DNA of 25,218 nt from a virus (lineage: Duplodnaviria > Caudoviricetes): positions 1 through 25,218 of IMG/VR virus record IMGVR_UViG_3300042262_000158; one strand, written 5' to 3'. The notes beneath the pieces are model-generated. The model was not told the origin of the DNA, ran no database searches, and saw nothing but the letters and a program-made list of their open reading frames with translations. The translations under genes were made by a program, and so were the position numbers. This document shows, piece by piece, positions 7,803 to 16,556 of the stretch; within the stretch, counting starts at the first letter, position 1, and each line of letters begins with the position of its first letter.

Positions 7803-8438
7803 CTATTGCGTGCGTAGAGGTTTGGTTCTTGGTCGCGGGATACCGGCTAACGACGAGCTGTTATGCAAAATCTTGCTATAATTTCCCAAACTGGGTTTCA
7901 ACCTCGGTTTGGGCATATTTGTATTGCGGACTAAATCCGCGGGATTCCATTTTTTTGGTTCAGCAACTACATTAATAATATTTATATTATTAGTCACGTT
8001 GTACGTGGAACCTGAATCAAGCAGTGCATTTCCACCGAGGGTAATTGCACTGGTTATTATCGCATTGATTATGGTATCGCGGATTGATTTAGGAAATTTT
8101 CCCAAATTGAAAAGGTTTGCTGCAGCAGGCGATATTTTAGCGGCTTCTTGCTCGGCTTCCTCCGGCGTAATTTCATCGCGCTTTAAGCGTTCAGCGATGT
8201 TCCTGATAGCGACTAATGCATCTGCCGAAATGCTTGGATCAATTCTGATCTTTAAGCCACCAGTTGAAGCATCGTATTGTCCAGGAATAATTTCAGCAGT
8301 TCGACCGCATTGAGGACACACAGTTGTGTTTCCTAAAAACGTCCCCTCGCCAGAGCCTTCTTCTAATGCAATTCCCTTGCAGGGAAAAAGACCATGAACC
8401 AGACAAAAAGCTGGTGGATTATAAAATTTCGATGACAC
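7803..8438 (-). CDS. AT-rich accessory (moron-like) protein of unknown function, possible N-terminal zinc ribbon
   Basis: 211 aa; GTG start with GGAGG SD; visibly more AT-rich than its neighbours; CLVH...CPQC motif; inserted between genes F and G. Confidence 0.75.
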   Translation of the reverse strand: MSSKFYNPPAFCLVHGLFPCKGIALEEGSGEGTFLGNTTVCPQCGRTAEIIPGQYDASTGGLKIRIDPSISADALVAIRNIAERLKRDEITPEEAEQEAAKISPAAANLFNLGKFPKSIRDTIINAIITSAITLGGNALLDSGSTYNVTNNINIINVVAEPKKWNPADLVRNTNMPKPRLKPSLGNYSKILHNSSSLAGIPRPRTKPLRTQ

Positions 8439-8512
8439 ATTTTCCTCCTATATAATATCCTTCTCACGTTACCTTACCTTCTATTAGCGCAAGTCAAACA
8501 TAATAATCGAAT

Positions 8513-9760
8513 TTACACAGTGATCCGTCGATAAAGCCGGATACCCGCTCGAAACTCTCGCAAATAATCTTCTACCGTCTGAAACGTCGTCACACCGGCC
8601 CAACCGTCTCGTCCCCATTCAAACACGGCAAGACCGGGCTGGGCTTCCCCTTCAATCAAAAAACGGGCAACATAACGCCGCCGCAAAACCGGCTTGTTTA
8701 TTGCCTGATGATATTCCCCCGCAATCCATATCTCGTCAGGCTCCTTGATTGCTTTGGCCAGCATCGGCAAAAACCGGGCGCGGTCGCGCTTACTGACTTT
8801 CAGTTTGCCTGTCCCCGAATGACGAAACAGCGCGTCAGAAATCGCCAACGGTTCGCCCGCCGCATCGAAAAATACTTTCGGAGCGTCCGTCGTTGCGCCA
8901 AATTCCTTCAAAAAGCTGTCAATATAAGCCTCCGGTGCCAGACCATTCTCCAACAACGCACCGGTAAAATCCCGCGCATCGGGTAAGGCATCAACCGCAC
9001 CCCGGTCCGGGAAGTGGCGACCGGGGACAGATTTCAACGGCTGCTCAATCTCGGGCGGCGACATCGATCTTATGCGCCCCGCACCGGGCCGATGCTCAAA
9101 CCCCGGATCAATCCCTTCAGGTAAAGTCACCTCACGCGGACTGGGACCATTCACGCCAATGGTTTTAGTCACCATCGGAATGTCCGGGGCCTCCTTCATG
9201 ATCGTCAGCCCCATGCGTTCCACATCACGGGCGGAAATCGCGAATTTTTTGCACGTACAGCCCCAGCCATTTTGCGGCGACCATGTGTCCCAGAACGGGT
9301 GATCAAGCGGAATAACCCAGCCATCCTTGGCGAGATGATGCGGTCGCGGATCAGACGATCCCCCGTGGCGATAAAGTCCGTATGGTCGCCTTTTGCGCAA
9401 GGCCGGGTCCGCCATCTGCGCTTCGCGCCCCGCATGATAGGACTGGCGCAAATTGGTCTCATAAATCACACGGCTGCGCCAGTTGCGCCCGCCCTTGTAA
9501 TCCCAGCCATGCCGGGCAACGATCTCATCAAATTCCTTGCGAAATTGTGCAATCGTCAGACCTTCATCAATCATCTTCGTGATCGAGGCTTGCAGATCCT
9601 CGACCAGCGCCATTTTGGCGGCCCCGGCCACCATAAAACCATGATCATGCTCGCCGCCGTAAAGGTCGGTCCAGGCCCTGGTCGGTATGGCCAGCTTGGA
9701 TCTGAAAAAATCGATCTGCTGTTTAAAGGGAACACTGCCATATTGCGCAGACGATGCCAT
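8513..9760 (-). CDS. MuF (gp30) minor head protein with C-terminal PBECR2-like nuclease-fold domain
   Basis: N-terminal MuF motifs (VIYETNLRQSYHAGR, PRPHH, FWDTWSPQNGWGCTC). C-terminal extension AIKEPDEIW...RRRYVARF...FEWGRDGWAGVTTF...YLREFRAGIRLYRR resembles the PBECR2 family. Confidence 0.85.
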   Translation of the reverse strand: MASSAQYGSVPFKQQIDFFRSKLAIPTRAWTDLYGGEHDHGFMVAGAAKMALVEDLQASITKMIDEGLTIAQFRKEFDEIVARHGWDYKGGRNWRSRVIYETNLRQSYHAGREAQMADPALRKRRPYGLYRHGGSSDPRPHHLAKDGWVIPLDHPFWDTWSPQNGWGCTCKKFAISARDVERMGLTIMKEAPDIPMVTKTIGVNGPSPREVTLPEGIDPGFEHRPGAGRIRSMSPPEIEQPLKSVPGRHFPDRGAVDALPDARDFTGALLENGLAPEAYIDSFLKEFGATTDAPKVFFDAAGEPLAISDALFRHSGTGKLKVSKRDRARFLPMLAKAIKEPDEIWIAGEYHQAINKPVLRRRYVARFLIEGEAQPGLAVFEWGRDGWAGVTTFQTVEDYLREFRAGIRLYRRITV

Positions 9761-9761
9761 G

Positions 9762-11384
9762 TCAGAGCCCTTCCATCAGATCAAAGCGCCCGGCCAGATG
9801 AGCCGCCGCCATTGCCTCGGCCAGCGCATCGGCAAGGCTTCCTGTATCAAGCTCGGCGGTCATTTCCACCAGCCGGTCACGCAGCGCCTCAAGGCTCTCG
9901 GCGTCATCAACCGCCTTGCGGATCTGCTCGATCCAGCCTGTCATCGGGTCGATCTTCAGGGCCGTTTCGATCTGTGCCGGTACCGCATCGCTGGAAAGCG
10001 CAGTACCGGACTTCAAAGCAGCGATCCGCGCCGCCGCAACACCGGTTTTATTATCGCTCTGATCACCGGGGGCATTTTCTCCCGGGGCAGCTTCTCCCGG
10101 GGCAAATGGCACAGGCTTCGCTTTTGCCTGCAAAACCTCGTCTTCGTCAGTCGCAGTCGGAATCCCGGTTTTTTCATGCACCCACCATATCGGGATCTTC
10201 ATGCCCATAGCGACAAAGGTCGGAAGCGTATCTGACAGCGTTTTGTAATCCTCGGTTTCATCCGTATCGAGCCAGAATTTCGGTGCGCGGCGTAAATCCT
10301 CGATGCCGAAATTAAGCGCTGCCATCGGCCATAAAATATCACGCCGGATCGTCCCGGCATATTGCCGCACGTCAGACCGGATCAGGCTGTTTAAGCCCCG
10401 CTCATGCACATTGCCCAGCGCGTTTGTATTGGTGCCTTCGCCGGTGCCACTGGTTAGGGTGCCACCCAAAATCACCTTGGCCTTGGCCCGTTCGCACCAG
10501 TCGAGCATCGCCTGGTAAACATCCGCACGGCCTTCGGCAGCATTTAAAAAATCAATCTTCATGCCTTCGGGGATGATGCCCGCTGCCGACCGGCCAAGGC
10601 TGGTCACAGCCCGCAAAAGGGCGGCTTTTTCCGCATTGCTTGCCCCGCGCGGATATTGACCGATCCGGGCAGGCAACCCGTAAATTTCCAACAATTGCGC
10701 CAGATCACCCAGCGCGTAATTCTGAAATAAATACGGCCATGCCAGCATCCGGTGCAACCCGGTGCGCGCCACATAACCGGGCTTTGCCCGATGCCGGTGC
10801 GAGACCCAGCCCAACGGCCAAAGCTGTGCGTCCTCATTCTGAAGGCCTTTAATGACGATATTATTCTGGTCATTTTGATCAAGGGCAAACCAGCTATGCG
10901 GGCGCAAGATCGGCTGACAAATCCGCCGCGCCGTTCCTTCACGGTCCCACGGTAGTTCCAGTTGCGCCCAGCCATGCCCGACCGCCGATCCCATATCGCC
11001 AATCAGATCCTCGACCTCAATGCCGCCAAACACCTCCGAACAAAACTCGGTGGCCTTGGTTTCTGCCGCACTGGCCCCGTCCGGTGCCGAAATCTGCCAT
11101 TCCAGCTCGGATGCCGCCTGGCGGCGCTTGGCCATATCCGCACCGATCTGCGGGTCTTTTTCCTCCATATCCTCAAACAGCTCTGACTGGGCGGAAAGGT
11201 CGCCCTGTTCAGCGGCTTCAAGAATGCGGTGCAGCTTGTCTGGCGTCAGCCCCTTCGAGGGGTGATTGGCAAATTCCTGTTTGAGCTGGCCAACGCGCGC
11301 CTTGGCGTCTGACTGGGTTTCCTCAAGCGCCTGGCTGTCGCCCCCCCAGATTTTTTTAACCACTGATTTCAAATTCACAATCAT
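9762..11384 (-). CDS. Portal protein (Mu gp29 / DUF935)
   Basis: LFEDMEEKD, LEIYGLPARIGQYP, ILGGTLTS, ALGNVH motifs; follows the large terminase. Confidence 0.93.
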   Translation of the reverse strand: MIVNLKSVVKKIWGGDSQALEETQSDAKARVGQLKQEFANHPSKGLTPDKLHRILEAAEQGDLSAQSELFEDMEEKDPQIGADMAKRRQAASELEWQISAPDGASAAETKATEFCSEVFGGIEVEDLIGDMGSAVGHGWAQLELPWDREGTARRICQPILRPHSWFALDQNDQNNIVIKGLQNEDAQLWPLGWVSHRHRAKPGYVARTGLHRMLAWPYLFQNYALGDLAQLLEIYGLPARIGQYPRGASNAEKAALLRAVTSLGRSAAGIIPEGMKIDFLNAAEGRADVYQAMLDWCERAKAKVILGGTLTSGTGEGTNTNALGNVHERGLNSLIRSDVRQYAGTIRRDILWPMAALNFGIEDLRRAPKFWLDTDETEDYKTLSDTLPTFVAMGMKIPIWWVHEKTGIPTATDEDEVLQAKAKPVPFAPGEAAPGENAPGDQSDNKTGVAAARIAALKSGTALSSDAVPAQIETALKIDPMTGWIEQIRKAVDDAESLEALRDRLVEMTAELDTGSLADALAEAMAAAHLAGRFDLMEGL

Positions 11385-11390
11385 CTCTCC

Positions 11391-12962
11391 TTACCAGGCA
11401 CCCGATGCAGCAAAACCTTCGTCGGAATCATCGTCGAGTTCGTCATCGTCATGTACGCTGCCGCGACCAAACGGCCCGCCTTTGGGCGCTGACGTAAATT
11501 CTATCGGCGCACTCTCGCCATCGGCGGCACTGTCCGCCATTGCCAGGGCAATCGCCCCATCGCCGTGGCGGTTTTTGTTATCGCCGGTTTTGGCATCGGG
11601 AATTTTGGGAATGCCTTTAATCACCTGAATCGCACGCACGTCATCAACCACATCGCGGTCACGCGGGATCAGGATCAAATCATCTTCAAACCGCGCTTTG
11701 AATTTTGGCATCACATCGAGATACCAGGCCTGGCTGATCATCACCGCCTCGATGCGCGACGCGCCATAGCGATAAACCGCCTGTTCAGCCAGATATTGCC
11801 CATTGCCGCGCGCATCAAGCCGACCGGCGCGCAAACGCGGCAACCGGTCAACAATATAAAACAGGATCTGTTCCTGGGATCGAAACGGCACATTGCGCAA
11901 CTCAACCAGAAACGGCACCACACGTTTTAACGCCGGTTTGATTGCCATGGGCGCAATAACGGTCAAGTCGCCAGACCGGCCAAAATCCTCGCCAAACACA
12001 TGCTCGTCGGTGGGATCAAGGGCGGCCAGCACCGGGGACAGATATTGCTCACACCATGCAGCCACCTCGATATCGCGCGCGGCCTCCTCAAGCAGATTAA
12101 AGGCTTCATCGCCCTCAAACCGGATAACCGGCGCGTCATGCATGCGGCTTTCAATCAGGGTGCGTGACAAATACGCCCCGCCACCCGATTTCGGCACACA
12201 TCCATATTCCTCCAGCGCATCTTCGCGCGACGCGGTACCGGCTAGCAGCTTTTCCTTCCAAGCCTGTTCAGCCTGTGGGCTCCATGCAATACCCCGGATC
12301 TGGCAGATACGTTTATACAGGCCCTGTTCGCAGGCATCATCAAGGGTAATGCGGTGAATGCTATAGGGCTTCTTGCCCGCGCGCGTGTCAGCGATCAATT
12401 CGTTAAACAGGTTTTCAACCCCGTTATGCGTCGAAATGATACGAATTTTCGAACCCCACATCGTCAAGGCCAGGGCTGCTTTTAAAACCTCGTCGAGATG
12501 GTCGTGAAAGGCGGCTTCATCAATCGTCACATTGCCCTGGCGACCGCGCAAATTGCTGGGCCGCGATGACAATGCCTGTATCTTGAACCCGCTGGCAAAC
12601 CGGATATTGAAGGTCAGAATATCCTTGTCGCCATCGGTAAAGATTTCTTCCTCGATATCGCCCGCCGCCTGGTCAAAGGCGCGCGCCCACATCGCACAGG
12701 CATCAATGAATTCCACCGCCATCTCACGGTTGGAACCAACATAAAAATGATTATCCCCACCCGCCGATTTTGCCGCCCCTGCGGTTAATACCGCGTCCGC
12801 AGCCTCCGCCCAGGTCAGGCCGGTCCGGCGCGATTTTTCGGCAAGTTTGATGTCGGATGTATCGGCTATCCAGTCACGCTGATATTTCAGCAAAACCTCG
12901 TCGGCATCAAAATTTGATGGATCAAACGCTACGGGCTTTAGCGGGGTTTCTGCAATCTGCAT
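11391..12962 (-). CDS. Terminase large subunit (Mu gp28-like)
   Basis: EKSRRTGLTW, NLRGRQGNVTIDEAAFH, ISTHNG, GEDFGRSGDLT, HGDGAIALAMA motifs. Confidence 0.95.
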   Translation of the reverse strand: MQIAETPLKPVAFDPSNFDADEVLLKYQRDWIADTSDIKLAEKSRRTGLTWAEAADAVLTAGAAKSAGGDNHFYVGSNREMAVEFIDACAMWARAFDQAAGDIEEEIFTDGDKDILTFNIRFASGFKIQALSSRPSNLRGRQGNVTIDEAAFHDHLDEVLKAALALTMWGSKIRIISTHNGVENLFNELIADTRAGKKPYSIHRITLDDACEQGLYKRICQIRGIAWSPQAEQAWKEKLLAGTASREDALEEYGCVPKSGGGAYLSRTLIESRMHDAPVIRFEGDEAFNLLEEAARDIEVAAWCEQYLSPVLAALDPTDEHVFGEDFGRSGDLTVIAPMAIKPALKRVVPFLVELRNVPFRSQEQILFYIVDRLPRLRAGRLDARGNGQYLAEQAVYRYGASRIEAVMISQAWYLDVMPKFKARFEDDLILIPRDRDVVDDVRAIQVIKGIPKIPDAKTGDNKNRHGDGAIALAMADSAADGESAPIEFTSAPKGGPFGRGSVHDDDELDDDSDEGFAASGAW

Positions 12963-12970
12963 GGTCGCAC

Positions 12971-13528
12971 CTAATTACCAACGCCAAGGATCTCGGCCTT
13001 GATGGCACTAACGGCTTCTTTTGACAGCCCTTTGGTGGTTTTCGCCGCAACCTTCTCGACCATGTCAGCCGCGCGTTTACGCTCCTCGGCAGCAATATGT
13101 TCGCGCAGTTTGGTCTCGAAATCCTGATCATTGCGCAAAGCCTTGCCAAGATCGGCAAGCCCTTTACCAAGCATCATAACATCCTTGGTCTCAAGGTCGG
13201 CTTCCTCGTCCTGTAACTTCATCAGCAAGTCAAAAACCATCGACCTGGTCATTTCGACCAGCAACCGACCTTGCTTGCCCTGAATAGCGGACTCGCCCAG
13301 TTCAGTAGCAATCGCCTCGGTAATCTGGCGCGATTCCCGCAAGCGCGCCGCAACCCGTTCAAAATTCTTGCTGTAGCGCCCGACCGAGGATCGCGAGATT
13401 TCGTAATCGCGTTTTGCCAGCCATTCGACAAGACTGTCGATCGAGCAACGACCCGTTGCCATCAAATGGCGAAAATCCTTGAGGTCATCCTGCGAAAGCT
13501 CGGTTTCGATCTTTGATTTAACCGCCAT
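12971..13528 (-). CDS. Terminase small subunit-like (Mu gp27 / DUF3486)
   Basis: ISRSSVGRY motif and GLSKEAVSAIKAEILG C-terminus; directly upstream of the large terminase. Confidence 0.88.
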   Translation of the reverse strand: MAVKSKIETELSQDDLKDFRHLMATGRCSIDSLVEWLAKRDYEISRSSVGRYSKNFERVAARLRESRQITEAIATELGESAIQGKQGRLLVEMTRSMVFDLLMKLQDEEADLETKDVMMLGKGLADLGKALRNDQDFETKLREHIAAEERKRAADMVEKVAAKTTKGLSKEAVSAIKAEILGVGN

Positions 13529-13530
13529 AA

Positions 13531-13830
13531 TCAGGCCCCCGGACCGGGCCGCGCGATCCCGGCCACCTGTACTCGGCCAGCGGCGACATCAAGGCCACGC
13601 TGGGTAATAGTGGCGGCATGCACAGTGGTGGAAATCTCGTCAACAGTAACCATACCCATATCGCGCAACCACGCGTAATCCCCGCGCACCATGTCGCGCG
13701 AACATCCGAACCCGAAATGCTCAACCACTGAATGCATCACGCTGTCATTAGCGGAATAGCCGTTTTCTTCTGCAAGGTACCGCAAGATGGTCAGGCGGCG
13801 TTTTTCAGCAACAAAATCACGGTAGCTCAC
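13531..13830 (-). CDS. Mu gp26-like winged-helix protein
   Basis: RRLTILRYL...NDSVM...SRDMV...WL..MG...TQRGLDVAAGR...GIARP pattern. Confidence 0.82.
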   Translation of the reverse strand: MSYRDFVAEKRRLTILRYLAEENGYSANDSVMHSVVEHFGFGCSRDMVRGDYAWLRDMGMVTVDEISTTVHAATITQRGLDVAAGRVQVAGIARPGPGA

Positions 13831-14228
13831 GGCTTGCCTCCCTTCGCATTCAGCAGATAGGTTTCAACACGATCAAGAACACGTTCGACCCGTTTCTGGT
13901 TTTCGGCGTCCGCCTCAACCCGCTGCACGATCCCGCCCAACCGCCCCGACAACCGTTCGATTGCAATGCTTAATTCATGAAACTCCGACTGCGATGGCAC
14001 GCCAGCAAACCGGCTCTCCATCAAATTGACCTTGTCTGTCGCATGATCAATCCTCATGCCGATGTCGCCCAGGTCGCGCGAAAACACGTCTGCCAGCTTT
14101 TTCATGTCGGCTTCAAAATCCTCGCGTGTAACGAACCGCTTTTTAAGCGACCAGCCCGTCCAGGCAAAAAATCCTTGCAACACCAACACGCACGCCCAGC
14201 CATAATTCGATAGCATTTCCAGCGTCAC
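13827..14228 (-). CDS. Mu gp25-like protein (DUF2730-like; N-terminal TM plus coiled coil)
   Basis: Hydrophobic N-terminus, KRFVTRE, coiled coil, YLL C-terminus; position before gp26. Confidence 0.7.
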   Translation of the reverse strand: MTLEMLSNYGWACVLVLQGFFAWTGWSLKKRFVTREDFEADMKKLADVFSRDLGDIGMRIDHATDKVNLMESRFAGVPSQSEFHELSIAIERLSGRLGGIVQRVEADAENQKRVERVLDRVETYLLNAKGGKP

Positions 14229-14434
14229 AACCGGCTCCCCGTTTCCAATTCACTTTGACAATCGATACAGCGCAACGCCCCACTCAACGCCTTGCGCCGC
14301 GCGTCTGGTATCGGTTCTCCGCATTCCACACAGTTTTCCAAAACCAGCTCGGTAACCCGCACCCGGTGACAGGCGAGCGATTGCGTTCGCAGCCGGTATT
14401 CAAGCTCCTGCGCGGCATCAATAATATCGACCAT
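14225..14434 (-). CDS. TraR/DksA-family C4 zinc-finger protein
   Basis: MVDIIDAAQE (DxxDxA) plus CVECGEPIPDARR...RCIDCQ; ATG overlaps the upstream stop codon. Confidence 0.88.
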   Translation of the reverse strand: MVDIIDAAQELEYRLRTQSLACHRVRVTELVLENCVECGEPIPDARRKALSGALRCIDCQSELETGSRL

Positions 14435-15057
14435 CACTTCCGCCACGCCTTGATCACGCTCGCCACACCCTCGCTCGCAGCTGCAACCGTTGCCGACGTC
14501 GCATCGAGTGGCCGACCAGCCCGGATTTCCGCCTCAATCGCCTTGTCGCGCTCGCGGCAACCCATGTATTTTTTAATCACGCTTACACAGGCCCAAAAGG
14601 CCCCCAGCGCCGGTGCCCAGATCATTTCCGCAACCGGTTTGGCCTCGGCAATGCTGGCCCATACCGAAAAACCCGGTAGCTGATAGCCAAAATAAAACCC
14701 GCCAATTTTCATTGCCCAATCCGCAACCGCGAGGAAAAACAGCGCCGAAATTGCATAACCAAACAGCCGAATAACCCCCATCGCCTGCAAGGCAATCTGC
14801 GGGCGCGCTGTGGCCCGCACATGGTCGGCATCGCCTGCGGTCAGGTTCATAAAACGCTCGGTATCAAGCTGCTGAAGCTGGATAACGCTGGCAATGATGC
14901 GGTCGCGCTGCTCGGGCGGCAATGCATCAACCTGTTGTGATAATTCTTGCGCTGTTTCCCCGGCATCATCGGTGCCGGTGACCGCATTATAAACCGCGCG
15001 CGCCCCGTCAAACAGGGCGGGTGCAGCGGTTAAGGCAGCAAGCAAAGCCCCCATCAT
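14434..15057 (-). CDS. Holin-like membrane protein
   Basis: Probable start MMGALLAAL at 15057; hydrophobic segments after an RATARP motif; directly downstream of the endolysin. Confidence 0.55.
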   Translation of the reverse strand: MMGALLAALTAAPALFDGARAVYNAVTGTDDAGETAQELSQQVDALPPEQRDRIIASVIQLQQLDTERFMNLTAGDADHVRATARPQIALQAMGVIRLFGYAISALFFLAVADWAMKIGGFYFGYQLPGFSVWASIAEAKPVAEMIWAPALGAFWACVSVIKKYMGCRERDKAIEAEIRAGRPLDATSATVAAASEGVASVIKAWRK

Positions 15058-15061
15058 CCCC

Positions 15062-15622
15062 TCACGCGTAAGCGCGGCTGAGCCAGCCGTCGCGATATTT
15101 TTCAAATTTCGGTTTGGCAATAATCAGCCCGCGATAGAACCCGGCAGTTTCAGACCGGTACGCCGTCATCGCCCCCCACTGATCAAGATCGAATAAAACC
15201 CGTTTGGTCAGGGGGCCAATCACGCCATCATCGGCAATGTTCTCGCCACAGGCGCGACAGGCGCGTTGCAGCAATTTATGTGCTTGCAACGCCCCCATAT
15301 TGACAGCCAGGTCAAAAACCTTGGGGGCAATACCGCCGGGCAAGCCGTCATAGCCAAACTTCGCCCACCAGTTGTCATGGTAGATCGTGATCGCGGTTTC
15401 ACGCGGCATCTGGCGAATATCGTCGGCATCGACATCGCCGTCGCGGTTGAAATCGAAATCATGAAACCCGTCATGATCCAGATCGATCTCGCCAAGCGAA
15501 ATCAGATAGCGCAACGAAATCCCGTAACGGGTCGCCCCACCGGGATCGGTCGCGTCATTAACAAAACCGCCCTCATGCAAAAGGACGGTTTTAACAGCCT
15601 CTGAAAAGGTTCTGGAATACAT
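15062..15622 (-). CDS. Endolysin, glycoside hydrolase family 108 with peptidoglycan-binding domain
   Basis: HEGGFVNDATDPGGATRYGIS, FDLAVNMG, DGVIGPLT, GWLSRA motifs; start ATG at 15622. Confidence 0.93.
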   Translation of the reverse strand: MYSRTFSEAVKTVLLHEGGFVNDATDPGGATRYGISLRYLISLGEIDLDHDGFHDFDFNRDGDVDADDIRQMPRETAITIYHDNWWAKFGYDGLPGGIAPKVFDLAVNMGALQAHKLLQRACRACGENIADDGVIGPLTKRVLFDLDQWGAMTAYRSETAGFYRGLIIAKPKFEKYRDGWLSRAYA

Positions 15623-15650
15623 GAAATCCCGCTCCAACAATGTTGAAAGC

Positions 15651-15698
15651 AGGATGCGCGATCCGCCTAAATCATATCAGGGCGCAACACTTGCGCCC
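15651..15698 (-). promoter_or_regulatory. Putative activator-dependent late promoter of the lysis/packaging operon
   Basis: Palindrome GGGCGCAA-CAC-TTGCGCCC (15680-15698), then 23 nt, then CATCCT (-10-like); lies just after the Mor/C-like gene. Confidence 0.6.
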
Positions 15699-15728
15699 CT
15701 GACAGCTGCGGAATTTTGGTACGGGATT

Positions 15729-16088
15729 TTAAAGTGCGGAAAACAGGTCACTCTGCCGGGTCGGTGTGGTGCCGGACTGCCAGTATTGCACGGTACGACG
15801 GCTGACCTTTAACCGCATCGCAATCCGTTCCTGGCTCCAGCCCTGATCATAAAGCCAGGCCGCGACAATCTTTTTGGCCAGCGGAATTTCAATGCGCTCG
15901 TCGGCTAGATCCTTCACAATTTTTTGTGCCGCGTCAAGCCCGACAATTTCCGCCAGCAAAGACCCTTCCGCGCGCTGCGGAATCCGAAACCGCGATCCAC
16001 CGCGTGTAAGGGTCAGGGTCAAGGCGGCATCAATGCCAGCAACCTCGGCAATCTGCGTCAAACCATGCGGCAGCGGGTGATTAGACAT
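15729..16088 (-). CDS. Mor/C-like late transcription activator (HTH)
   Basis: IAEVAGIDAAL...GGSRFRIP dimerisation-type N-terminus and a C-terminal HTH (SQERIAMRLKVSRRTV); last gene before the lysis genes. Confidence 0.78.
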   Translation of the reverse strand: MSNHPLPHGLTQIAEVAGIDAALTLTLTRGGSRFRIPQRAEGSLLAEIVGLDAAQKIVKDLADERIEIPLAKKIVAAWLYDQGWSQERIAMRLKVSRRTVQYWQSGTTPTRQSDLFSAL

Positions 16089-16272
16089 TTCCCGCACCCT
16101 TGCTCAAGCCCGGTATTCTATCAGATTGCGTCGGGCCGGTTTCGCGGTTGCGGCTTGGTCGGCTTGGCCCCTTCGGATTTTTTATAAACCCGGTGCTAGC
16201 GCAAATATGACACGCCCAGATCCACAATAATCCTGATCCGTCACATGCCGGGCAAACCTGCTTTTCCATCAC
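16081..16272 (-). CDS. Small CxxCxGxG zinc-finger protein
   Basis: CPACDGSG...CHICASTG; start and stop overlap the neighbouring genes. Confidence 0.55.
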   Translation of the reverse strand: MMEKQVCPACDGSGLLWIWACHICASTGFIKNPKGPSRPSRNRETGPTQSDRIPGLSKGAGNV

Positions 16273-16556
16273 CGCACCCTTTTGCTATCGCGCCAGATGG
16301 TGACCAACACATGCAGGCGCGCATCATAAATCGCGATCAGCCAAACCCCGCGATGACGCACCGGGATGCGATACCGACTGCGCTCAGAAACAAACACCGG
16401 TTCCATTCGGCGCAGCGCATCTTGCAGGCTTTCGGCTTCCGCCATTGAAAGGGCAATCCGGCGCGCGCGAGCGCGTTTTAACACATGGTAAAAACAGTTA
16501 TTGCGGTGAATGGTCTGGGCATTGAGCGGTGCATAAACCGGCGCATTAATATTCAT
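16269..16556 (-). CDS. Hypothetical protein
   Basis: 95 aa; overlaps both neighbours by 4 nt (translational coupling). Confidence 0.6.
   Translation of the reverse strand: MNINAPVYAPLNAQTIHRNNCFYHVLKRARARRIALSMAEAESLQDALRRMEPVFVSERSRYRIPVRHRGVWLIAIYDARLHVLVTIWRDSKRVR

Noticed and set aside
8468-8497. Sigma70 promoter for the moron (TTGACT ... TAAGGT)
   Set aside because: The spacer is only 15 nt, too weak to list as a feature although a promoter here is plausible.
15052-15057. Met-Met at the holin-like start as a lambda S-type dual-start motif
   Set aside because: No charged residue lies between the two Met codons, so there is no basis for a holin/antiholin pair.
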